From NCBI GenBank assembly GCA_964406295.1, contig CAYORB010000004.1, positions 1 through 47,621 of the forward strand: a stretch of 47,621 bases of DNA. Direction: 5' to 3'. Source of the stretch: an uncultured Candidatus Peribacteria bacterium (GTDB lineage Bacteria > Patescibacteriota > Gracilibacteria > UBA1369 > LOWO2-01-FULL-3). Shown here one piece after another: positions 25,185 through 33,647 of this stretch. A program made the position numbers and the translations under genes. The notes beneath the pieces are model-generated. The model ran no database searches and was not told where the DNA came from. It saw only the letters and a program-made list of their open reading frames with translations. Every line of letters starts with the position of its first letter. Within the stretch, counting starts at the first letter, position 1.

Positions 25185-26321
25185 TCATAAATTGTAAAGC
25201 CGGAAGTTCCAGGATAATTGAGCCATTTCCCCTCTGGTATACCACTTTTTATTAACAAAATCTTCTGTTAATAAAGATTCTTTATTAGCCCAATAAACAT
25301 AGGAGTCATACCAGGGGCTAGAAGTTTTAAGATTAATTTCTGAAGCATCTATCAACATTTGCAAAGCTCTTAAATTTCTAATCCGAACACTAGGATCATT
25401 CCCTTGTAAATCACATTCTTTCCCAATCGCAACTCGACAAAATTCAGCCGCTTGTCCATAATTTATAACTTCATATGGTTTAAAAACATCTAGATTTTGA
25501 CCATAATCCATGTTCAATCCTAATTCAAAAAGACCATAAACAGATTCAGTAAAACCTTCCCCTTCTCGCACGTCCTTAAAAATATCAGTTTCTATTTGAG
25601 GTTTAACCAAAACAAAGGCTTTATCACTATAAGTAGGAACCATATAAACATCTTCATCAAAACCAGAATCCAAATATTTCGAATTAGGAATGGGGTCAAC
25701 TTCTCCAGGAGTACGCGAAAACTCAGTTGGTCCCCGAGGAGCCTGAACACTAACGTTAAAATAATTAGCAAAACTTTGTGCTAAAGTTGACGTTTCAGGA
25801 TATCCTTCCGCCACATTACATCCATTAAAACGAATAGTCGCATTTTCAGAAAAAATATCTGCCGGCAATTCATAAATAGACGCTGCCACATAAATTTCAT
25901 TCAATAAAGGATCGTTGGCGTATAAACCTCCGTTCACATTTGCCGCTTGATTCACATAAAGCCCAACATTATTACCATGTCCAAAGTATTCCAAATGATC
26001 TATTGCACCTTTTATAGAAACAAAATCTTTCATTGCAGAAATAAATTCATCACCATTTGCCACATGATAATCCTGACTAGGCACTTCTTTCTTATAAGTC
26101 TCCGCGGCTTTAATAAACATCCCTCCGGAAGTCCCTCCTTCCCCCACAATTACTAAAACATTTCTTTGCACAGGTTCAACCACTTCAATTTCTTCTTCAA
26201 CATCAACCACCTTTGTTTCCACAGGCGGTCCAACAGAACAGCTTAAAAACATAAGACTAAGCCCCACAATAATAAATAAAAACCTATTTTTTCTTTCTTT
26301 TTTCTGCCTTAATTTTTTCAT
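25185..26321 (-). CDS. Secreted protein or possible lipoprotein (hypothetical)
   Basis: Start at MKKLRQKKERKNRFLFIIVGLSLMFLSC, a signal peptide with a possible lipobox Cys. The C-terminal third is weakly SLH-like (FKDVREGEGF..., WYTRGEMAQL). Function unknown. Confidence 0.65.
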   Translation of the reverse strand: MKKLRQKKERKNRFLFIIVGLSLMFLSCSVGPPVETKVVDVEEEIEVVEPVQRNVLVIVGEGGTSGGMFIKAAETYKKEVPSQDYHVANGDEFISAMKDFVSIKGAIDHLEYFGHGNNVGLYVNQAANVNGGLYANDPLLNEIYVAASIYELPADIFSENATIRFNGCNVAEGYPETSTLAQSFANYFNVSVQAPRGPTEFSRTPGEVDPIPNSKYLDSGFDEDVYMVPTYSDKAFVLVKPQIETDIFKDVREGEGFTESVYGLFELGLNMDYGQNLDVFKPYEVINYGQAAEFCRVAIGKECDLQGNDPSVRIRNLRALQMLIDASEINLKTSSPWYDSYVYWANKESLLTEDFVNKKWYTRGEMAQLSWNFRLYNL

Positions 26322-26544
26322 ATTTATCATAAAATTCTGACCCAACATCACCAAAAAAACCAGCTGTTTTTTTCAAACTAAACAGAATTTTTCCCTTCAC
26401 AGTATCAGTTTTTTGCTTCTTTATACCCTTGTCCCCAGCGCTTTTCATCTTTTTAAACCCTATATCCAACACATCATCAACCAAAGCCTGAAAATGAGCC
26501 ATCCCCCTCCCCAATGATTTTGCTATAGATTTCTTTTTTGCCAT
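26284..26544 (-). CDS. Small lysine-rich protein (hypothetical)
   Basis: 86-aa ORF with an ATG start and no recognisable motif. It overlaps the next gene's start by 38 nt. Confidence 0.45.
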   Translation of the reverse strand: MAKKKSIAKSLGRGMAHFQALVDDVLDIGFKKMKSAGDKGIKKQKTDTVKGKILFSLKKTAGFFGDVGSEFYDKYEKIKAEKRKKK

Positions 26545-26697
26545 AACAAATATAACTAAATAATAAGTGAAATCAATATAGCATGAATTTTATTGCCAGA
26601 CGTAAAAGAGTAGAAAATTATATGAAATAAGCCTACATAAGTAGGTGTTTGAATAATTTCTGCGGTTGAATTCAAAGATGCATCTCAAATAACTTTC

Positions 26698-27132
26698 TGG
26701 TGGAGATGCGGGGAGTCGAACCCCGGTCCAGAGATGAGACCCTGCTGCTTCTACAATCATGTTCCATCTTAAATATTTCATCACTTGGAATAAAAGTTGG
26801 ACAGAAAACGCCAAGTGCCTAGCCTTTTGAAATTTCGTAGCTATCAGGTAAGACAGACCTGGTAACTACTAACCTGCTAAATTACGCCTGTACAGCTCAG
26901 CAGGTGTCGGAAGTACAGACGAAGCCCGAAAATATTCAGGCTGTAAACACATAGTTAGGCAGCTACAGGAACTGGACGCAAAGCGCCAGCGTACTGAGCT
27001 AGATAAGCAAATGTGTTTTCAGATGTGTTTTTAGCACTTAATTTGCGCTGGACGGATTATGGTGGGACAGCGCGACCACCAGATTGCAACAAACAGAACC
27101 TAAATCATCCTGTCGAATACCAATACATCCCC
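26698..27132 (-). ncRNA. ssrA: tmRNA (SsrA)
   Basis: The minus strand begins GGGGATGTATTGGTATTCGACAGG and ends CGGGGTTCGACTCCCCGCATCTCCACCA. The acceptor stem has the G3-U70 alanine identity pair, a T-arm is present and CCA is encoded. An internal tag frame ends ...PVPVAA-TAA (about 26955-27035). Confidence 0.92.
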
Positions 27133-27152
27133 ATGTTTCAAAGAGCATATAC

Positions 27153-27181
27153 ATTAAACATTAAAACACCACATAAGTCAA
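27153..27181 (-). promoter_or_regulatory. Candidate tmRNA promoter
   Basis: The minus strand reads TTGACT-17 nt-TTTAAT, about 20 nt upstream of the mature 5' end. Confidence 0.35.
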
Positions 27182-27203
27182 TCTATTCCGCAAGAATAAG
27201 CCC

Positions 27204-30200
27204 TTATTTCTTCTTTCCTCCATGTTTCGCTTTTTCACTCAAAGCTTCTACGCTAGACTGTAGTCCTCTGAACCAGTCTGTTCCAAGTTCTTTCATATTA
27301 ATTCTCAAACGACTACCCACAATTTGCCAATTTGGATTGTATTCAAGTAAATTCACAATATTAGCAGGTTTCACAGAACCAGACATATACAAAACTATAT
27401 CTTTTTCCTTACTCATAGCCACAGTTTCAGCTTTCACGTTAATTAACCCAGCTTTTTTCGCCCAGATTTTCAGTCCTATAATTTTAAATAAATTATTAAC
27501 TTCCCGTGGCATCTTTCCATAATCATCAACAAGATCTTTCTTAATTTCAGCCAAATAATCAAGAGTATCAGCAGATGAAAGTCTTTGATATTCATTAATT
27601 TTATCCTTTGAATCAGCGATATAAACATTCGGAATATAAGCGGGTAAAGGCAATTCTACAGAAACATCCTTTACTTCTTCCTCTCCTTCAAGCACTCGTC
27701 CAGCCTTTAAGTCTTCCACAGCCTTATTTAACATTCGCATAAAATGCCCAACACCAACCACATTAATAACACCATGTTGATTCGCACCTAAAATATCTCC
27801 AGCACCACGGATTTCTAAATCCTTCATAGCAATTTGAAAACCACTACCTAAATCTGAAGCTTCAACAATAGCCCTTAATCTCTTCTTTGCATCCAATTTC
27901 AAGCGCTGTCCGTGATACAAGAAATAGGCATAAGCCTGTTTTTTTCCACGACCAACGCGACCTCTCAACTGATAAAGCTGTGACAAACCAAATCTTTCAG
28001 CGTTATTTACAATCAAAGTATTAGCATTCGATAAATCTATACCATTTTCAATAATAGTTGAACTAACTAAAACATCATATTCATGGTTAGTAAAAGCCAT
28101 AATTCTTTCCTCAAGATCACCAGCTCCCAACTTACCATGGGCAACCCCAAACCTAGCTTCAGGAATTAATTCTCTCAGTTTATCTGCAAAACTATCAATA
28201 GTTTGAACACGATTATGAAGAAAATAAACCTGCCCACCTCGTTCAACTTCACGCAAAATAGACTCTCTCACTAAACTTGGGGAATATTTTCTAACCTCTG
28301 TAATAACAGGCAACCGCCCATAAGGAGGGGTTGTAATAGTTGTAATATCTCGCAAATTATTTAGACAAATATTCAAAGTTCTAGGAATAGGTGTAGCTGT
28401 TAAAGTTAAAATATCAACCTCCTTACGCATTTCTTTTAATTTTTCTTTTTGCTTCACACCAAACCTTTGTTCTTCATCAATAATAACCAAACCTAGATTT
28501 TTAAATTTAATATCAGACTGCAACAATCTATGTGTTCCAACAATTACATCCATCTCACCTTTACTTGATTTCTCAATAATTTCTTTCTGTTGTTTGGCGG
28601 TACGAAATCGACTAAGCATTTCAACACGAACATTAAATTCGCCCATTCTTTTGCTAAAAGATTTATAATGCTGATCCGCCAAAATCGTAATAGGCGAAAT
28701 CACAGCAACCTGTTTCCCACTTTTAACAGCCTTAAAAGCAGCACGCATAGCAACTTCAGTTTTTCCAAAACCAACATCGCCACAAATCAATCTGTCCATA
28801 GGTTCAACTTTCTCCATATCAGATTTAACATCATTAATCGCTTTGATTTGTCCTGGAGTTTCATCATAAGGAAAGGTCTCAGCAAATTTAACTTGTTCTT
28901 CGGTATCTTTAGTGAATTTATGCCCTTTAGCAGCACGTCTTTCAGCATACAGTTTCAAAAGTTCTTTCGCTATTTTTTGAGTCTCCTTTTTAACCTTACT
29001 AGTCATAGTGTTCCATTCTGCACTACCCAACCTGGTTAGTTTAGGCATCATTTCTTCTGAACCTATATATTTATTAACCTTATCTGCCTGATCAATAGGC
29101 ACAAACAATTTATCATTTTCCGCATAAGCCAATTTTAAATACTCCTTTGTAATCTCATCAACAGTCTTTTGATCAAGCCCCATAAACTTAGCCACACCAT
29201 GATCAGCATGTACAACATGATCCCCCGCCTTCAGACTTGTTAAAAAATCATTAAAAATATTCTGACTACTCGAAGCACGTTTCTTCTCTCTCAAAAAACT
29301 AACATCACCGTCTGTAAGCAAGTTTATTTTTTGAACAGGCGCCTGAAATGATTGTGGAAAAACATCATCCTTTTGAACATCAATTACAAAAACTGAAGAA
29401 GTTTTGAACGTTTTTTCATCAATTCCTTGCTTAAAGGGTATTGCTTGATCCGCAAAAAGACCTCTAATTTCATCAATATTCTTAGTAAAAAAGATTGTTT
29501 TCCATCCTAGTTTTATCTTGTCTCTTAGACTATTAGCAAAATCATAAGCAGTTCTAAACTTTAATATAGACAAGAAATGTACATGCATGTGATTAGCCAC
29601 ATCGTCATTAAAAGCAGAAAAGGAAATAGTCCTACATTGACTACTCGCCGCCTCCATAAACTCATTCCATGCCCTATAATTATCATCTAAAACATCTACT
29701 TCATCATCAATAACAACACCTTTATCACTTAAAACATCTAAAATATTTATTTCCTCCTCATCATATTCAATAGGAAAAATAAGCAAAGAGTTATGCTCAT
29801 TAAGCTCTTTAGTATAATTATCAACATCTAGCTCAACTATCTTCTCTATTTCCTCAAAAGCCACATCAATACGCCATATAGAATCAGTATTAATAGGACA
29901 AATAAACAAAGAGTCTCCACGTTTATAATACTCTCCCTTCTTTAACTTATAATCCTCAGTCATCTCATATCCAATAGAAACAATAGACTCTATTGCTTGA
30001 ACAGAATTGAATTCAGCACCTTTTTGAAATTTAGTACTTCCCTTTTCCAAAACTTCAACATTAGGACCATAATCTGTAATAGAATCAAAATTAGTTATAA
30101 AAACAGCCCCCTCTAACAACTTCATCCTCAATATAAACTCAAGTAACTCTACTGATTTAGCTCTCTCAAAATCAGCATTCGTGGGAAAATTCAACATCTC

Positions 30201-30470
30201 ATCACTACGCCTTTTATTATAAATAAAAACCTTGTTATTCCCCCATATTTCCATAGCCTTTTTAACAGCATTTTGCATCTCTCTATCAGATACAATCCAA
30301 AGAACATTAGTCTTTTCATTACCTTTAGACCTCAAAATATCACTAAGAAGCATCGCTTTTGACGAAGCGTTTCCTCCTCCTGAAAAAGTAACATTCCCCC
30401 TCTCATTAAAAAGAGTCGTAGAACCTTTTAGCTCTTCTTTTGGGAAATAAGAAATTATATTTCGCATCAA
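27204..30470 (-). CDS. mfd: Transcription-repair coupling factor
   Basis: 1088 aa. CarD/TRCF RNAP-interaction segment GDHVVHADHGVAKFMGL, helicase motif I GDVGFGKTEVA, motif II DEEQRFGV and a TRG-like region. Confidence 0.93.
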   Translation of the reverse strand: MMRNIISYFPKEELKGSTTLFNERGNVTFSGGGNASSKAMLLSDILRSKGNEKTNVLWIVSDREMQNAVKKAMEIWGNNKVFIYNKRRSDEMLNFPTNADFERAKSVELLEFILRMKLLEGAVFITNFDSITDYGPNVEVLEKGSTKFQKGAEFNSVQAIESIVSIGYEMTEDYKLKKGEYYKRGDSLFICPINTDSIWRIDVAFEEIEKIVELDVDNYTKELNEHNSLLIFPIEYDEEEINILDVLSDKGVVIDDEVDVLDDNYRAWNEFMEAASSQCRTISFSAFNDDVANHMHVHFLSILKFRTAYDFANSLRDKIKLGWKTIFFTKNIDEIRGLFADQAIPFKQGIDEKTFKTSSVFVIDVQKDDVFPQSFQAPVQKINLLTDGDVSFLREKKRASSSQNIFNDFLTSLKAGDHVVHADHGVAKFMGLDQKTVDEITKEYLKLAYAENDKLFVPIDQADKVNKYIGSEEMMPKLTRLGSAEWNTMTSKVKKETQKIAKELLKLYAERRAAKGHKFTKDTEEQVKFAETFPYDETPGQIKAINDVKSDMEKVEPMDRLICGDVGFGKTEVAMRAAFKAVKSGKQVAVISPITILADQHYKSFSKRMGEFNVRVEMLSRFRTAKQQKEIIEKSSKGEMDVIVGTHRLLQSDIKFKNLGLVIIDEEQRFGVKQKEKLKEMRKEVDILTLTATPIPRTLNICLNNLRDITTITTPPYGRLPVITEVRKYSPSLVRESILREVERGGQVYFLHNRVQTIDSFADKLRELIPEARFGVAHGKLGAGDLEERIMAFTNHEYDVLVSSTIIENGIDLSNANTLIVNNAERFGLSQLYQLRGRVGRGKKQAYAYFLYHGQRLKLDAKKRLRAIVEASDLGSGFQIAMKDLEIRGAGDILGANQHGVINVVGVGHFMRMLNKAVEDLKAGRVLEGEEEVKDVSVELPLPAYIPNVYIADSKDKINEYQRLSSADTLDYLAEIKKDLVDDYGKMPREVNNLFKIIGLKIWAKKAGLINVKAETVAMSKEKDIVLYMSGSVKPANIVNLLEYNPNWQIVGSRLRINMKELGTDWFRGLQSSVEALSEKAKHGGKKK

Positions 30471-31573
30471 ATTTTTAATGGCATTATTATATATACGTAA
30501 CCGTCTTTATCTACAGGTTTTATCACAGCAGGAGAGGTTGTATCATTAACAATTAACGCAATCTTCTCCTCACTAATATGTGTAAGAACATCTAATAAAT
30601 ACTGAGCATTCAATGATATCTTATTATTATCACCTTTAATTTTAATTTCAAGCTCAGCTTTCTCTTCTCCAATTTTCGTTTCTTCTGAACTAACAAGCAT
30701 TTTCCCTTCATCCGTTACAAGTAATTTCACACTGTTATTATTCTCTCTAGCAAACAAACTAACACGCTTTAATATTAATGATAAGTCTTCTACAGAAACC
30801 TCAACAACAGTTTTCTCTCCTGAGGGTATAATCTTCTGATAATCTGGGAATTTACCATCTATAAGCCTAGAAACTAATTCTACCCCATCGACTTTAAACA
30901 AAATCTGATTTTTCGCAATATTAATATCAACCTTTTTTGATTCCGCTTTATTAATTATTTTTGCTAACTCAGACATAGTCCTAGCTGGCACTATACAATC
31001 AAATTCATTATCAATTCCATTTTCTAAAAGTAATTCTTTTTCAGCCAAACGATAGCTATCTGTAGCCACTAATTTCATTTTCTTACCATCTCCTTTTATA
31101 AAAATACCAGATAAAACAGGTCTCGATGTATTCAAAGAAGCAGCAAAAACAGTTTCTGTTATAGCTCCATGCAAATTATTAACATTAACCTCCAATTCAC
31201 ACCCCTTTTCAACCTTAGGGATAAGAGGAAATTCATCTGCATTAATACCTTTTATTTTAGTTGTAGAAGAATCTGAATTAACACTTAAATCAACACCATT
31301 TACAACATTTAATTCAACTTTTTCATCTTTCAAAAGCGAAACATATCCTGTTAAAAGCTTAGCAGGTACAGTAATAGCACCTTCAGTTCTAATATCAGCA
31401 TTGATAGAACAGCTAATAGCAATCTCTAAATTCGTAGAAGAGAAATACAAACTTTTCCCTTCAGCCTTTAACAAAATATTATTCAAAACTGCTAAGGTAT
31501 TATTGGGATTTATTGCCTTATTAACAATATTAATCGCATACTCCAATTCTCTTTGAGCGCAAAAAAGCTTCAT
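30467..31573 (-). CDS. dnaN: DNA polymerase III beta sliding clamp
   Basis: 368 aa with a typical DnaN N-terminus (L..A...V.K.I......L.NILL.A) and three-domain length. A 4-nt overlap with the mfd start. Confidence 0.9.
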   Translation of the reverse strand: MKLFCAQRELEYAINIVNKAINPNNTLAVLNNILLKAEGKSLYFSSTNLEIAISCSINADIRTEGAITVPAKLLTGYVSLLKDEKVELNVVNGVDLSVNSDSSTTKIKGINADEFPLIPKVEKGCELEVNVNNLHGAITETVFAASLNTSRPVLSGIFIKGDGKKMKLVATDSYRLAEKELLLENGIDNEFDCIVPARTMSELAKIINKAESKKVDINIAKNQILFKVDGVELVSRLIDGKFPDYQKIIPSGEKTVVEVSVEDLSLILKRVSLFARENNNSVKLLVTDEGKMLVSSEETKIGEEKAELEIKIKGDNNKISLNAQYLLDVLTHISEEKIALIVNDTTSPAVIKPVDKDGYVYIIMPLKI

Positions 31574-31811
31574 ACATCAAATTAATTATCTTGCCCAAAA
31601 CCAGTATATGTATATTACAAATCAAAACAATAGATTTTTTCATTTGAACATATATACATACTAAGTTTTAAAAGAATATATATAAATAATTTAAATACTG
31701 TAGTATTAGGGGGTTCACAAAAAGAATAAAATATTGTATTACAATAAACACTAGATATAACCTGTGTTTAAACCAAAACCTTTCATTAACAATAAAATAA
31801 GTGCGTTGAAT

Positions 31812-31842
31812 TGTTTAAAAACTGTTTAAAAGTTGTTTAAAA
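31812..31842. repeat. Three tandem 11-bp phased repeats, TGTTTAAAA(nn)
   Basis: Copies at 31812-31820, 31823-31831 and 31834-31842, plus a related tgtttaaa at 31765-31772. They lie within the 317-bp AT-rich dnaN-rny intergenic region. Confidence 0.85.
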
Positions 31843-31890
31843 GGGAGTAGTATTAGCCAGCAATTCTGCAAAACTTATAAAGAAATAAAC

Positions 31891-33426
31891 ATGACATTCT
31901 GGAATATATTAATATTAATAACAACATGCGGCTTAGGCTTTACTACAAGCGCTTTTTTGTTAAAAAATAGAAAAATAATTGATTTTTCAAAAAAAGCTAA
32001 AGACGCTGAAAACATGAAAGAGAAAAGCAAAGAAGACGCTCTCAAAATTATTAAAGAAACAAAAGAGCGTGTTCAAAAGAGGAGAGAAAATATAAAACAA
32101 TTCATAAAAAATAAAGAAGGAAGAATTTCTAAGCTTGAAGAATCACTTAAACAAAAAAGTGCCTCTTTAAGAAAAAAGGAAGACCGTAACAATGATGTGA
32201 AATTAAAATTAGCCTCGTATAAAGAAGAAACACAGAGTTTAGAAAACAGTATAAAAAGAACGAATGAAACAGTTTTAGAAAATTTATCAAAAAAAACAGG
32301 TGAATCAGCATCTAAAATAAAGGAAAACTTACTAGAGCAGTCTAAAAAAGAATTAGAATTAGAAAATGCTGAGAAGTTATCAAAAAGAGAAGAGGTGTTA
32401 AAGGAAGGTGTTGACAAAAGGGCTAAAAAAATATTAATAGAAGTTATACAAAGAGTTTGTTCTTCAACATCTGTGGAGAGAAGAGCTGTCAATATTAATG
32501 TTCCAAAAGATCATATAAAAGGAAAAATTGTTGGGAAAGACGGTAGAAACATTCTTGCTTTTGAAGAATCTATTAACGTAGATATTATTTTTAATGACAT
32601 GCCGAATAATATTAGTATTTCAGCATTTAATTTAGTTGATAGAAGAATAGCTGAAGTAGCTATGTTAAAACTTGTTAAAAACAAAGGAGAGATAACACCT
32701 GAACTTGTAAAGAAGCTTATAAAAGACGCAGAAAGAGATACTGATGAAGAATTGTATAAGATAGGAAAGAACGCAATTGAGAAAATGAAGATTAAAATTG
32801 AAAGCAAAGAGCTTATTAGAACAATAGGACGATTACAGTATAGAACAAGTTATGGTCAAAATATTATGAAGCACTCAATGGAAGTGGCCTGGGTTTGTAG
32901 AATGCTAGGTAGTGAAATAGGACTTAACGAAAAAACTTGTTTAAGAGCGGGTTTTTTACACGATATAGGTAAAGCTATTGATCAAGACCCTAATGTAAAA
33001 GATTGTCATGATCAACTTTCTAAAGAAATCATGGAAAAATATGATTTTTCAGAAGAAGAAGTTCATGCAGCCTGGGCACATCATGACGCAGTTCCAATAG
33101 AAACAGCAGAAGCATTATTGGTAAAAGCGGCAGACGCTGTTTCAGCCTCTAGACCAGGGGCAAGACAAGAATCTTTTGAGAAATATATAGAAAGAATGAA
33201 AGACCTTGAGAGAACAGCAAAAGAATTTAATGGTGTAAAAAGAGCCTTTGCAATTTCAGCAGGAAGAGAATTACGTGTAATAGTTGATTCTGATAAGGTT
33301 AATGATAAAGGTTTATACGGGTTAGCAAAAGACATGGCGGGAAAAATAAAGCAGGAAATTGTATACCCTGGGAAAGTAAAAGTTAATGTTATTAGAAAAA
33401 CTAAACATACAGAAACAGCTCGTTAA
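31891..33426 (+). CDS. rny: Ribonuclease Y
   Basis: 511 aa. N-terminal TM helix, a long charged coiled coil, KH domain (GKIVGKDGRNILAFEE) and HD domain (GFLHDIGKA). Confidence 0.93.
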   Translation: MTFWNILILITTCGLGFTTSAFLLKNRKIIDFSKKAKDAENMKEKSKEDALKIIKETKERVQKRRENIKQFIKNKEGRISKLEESLKQKSASLRKKEDRNNDVKLKLASYKEETQSLENSIKRTNETVLENLSKKTGESASKIKENLLEQSKKELELENAEKLSKREEVLKEGVDKRAKKILIEVIQRVCSSTSVERRAVNINVPKDHIKGKIVGKDGRNILAFEESINVDIIFNDMPNNISISAFNLVDRRIAEVAMLKLVKNKGEITPELVKKLIKDAERDTDEELYKIGKNAIEKMKIKIESKELIRTIGRLQYRTSYGQNIMKHSMEVAWVCRMLGSEIGLNEKTCLRAGFLHDIGKAIDQDPNVKDCHDQLSKEIMEKYDFSEEEVHAAWAHHDAVPIETAEALLVKAADAVSASRPGARQESFEKYIERMKDLERTAKEFNGVKRAFAISAGRELRVIVDSDKVNDKGLYGLAKDMAGKIKQEIVYPGKVKVNVIRKTKHTETAR

Positions 33427-33437
33427 TTTAAATATTT

Positions 33438-33647
33438 ATGGAAGATAATAAAAAGAAAAAAATATGGGACAAGGTGTTAATGGGAGCTGTGATTGGTGGT
33501 GCCATAGGGTCTGTAGTTGGAGGAACAGTTGCACCAAAAGCAGTAGAAAAAAATAAAAAGAAACCAGAAAAATTCTTAATTAAAATATTAAAAAAAATCT
33601 TAAAAAAGAAGCCGAAAGTAAAGAAGATACCAAATGAATCATCTTAA
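33438..33647 (+). CDS. Small protein with a Gly-rich hydrophobic segment and a Lys-rich tail (hypothetical)
   Basis: 69-aa ORF containing MGAVIGGAIGSVVGGTV, then a lysine-rich tail. It overlaps the next gene by 14 nt. Confidence 0.4.
   Translation: MEDNKKKKIWDKVLMGAVIGGAIGSVVGGTVAPKAVEKNKKKPEKFLIKILKKILKKKPKVKKIPNESS

Noticed and set aside
26590-27522. ORFs at 26590-26814 (-) and 27013-27522 (+)
   Set aside because: They overlap the tmRNA gene and, for the second ORF, the mfd 3' end as well. The tmRNA ends and tag frame explain this sequence.
31812-31842. The tandem 11-bp repeats considered as a CRISPR array or iterons of a plasmid
   Set aside because: The units are far too short and contiguous for CRISPR (there are no spacers), and there are no cas or rep genes nearby. 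They are kept only as origin or regulatory repeats.
32073-33335. Minus-strand ORFs (139, 98 and 84 aa) inside rny
   Set aside because: They are antisense to RNase Y, and the Ser/Phe/Leu-rich translations are typical of shadow frames in AT-rich coiled-coil coding sequence.
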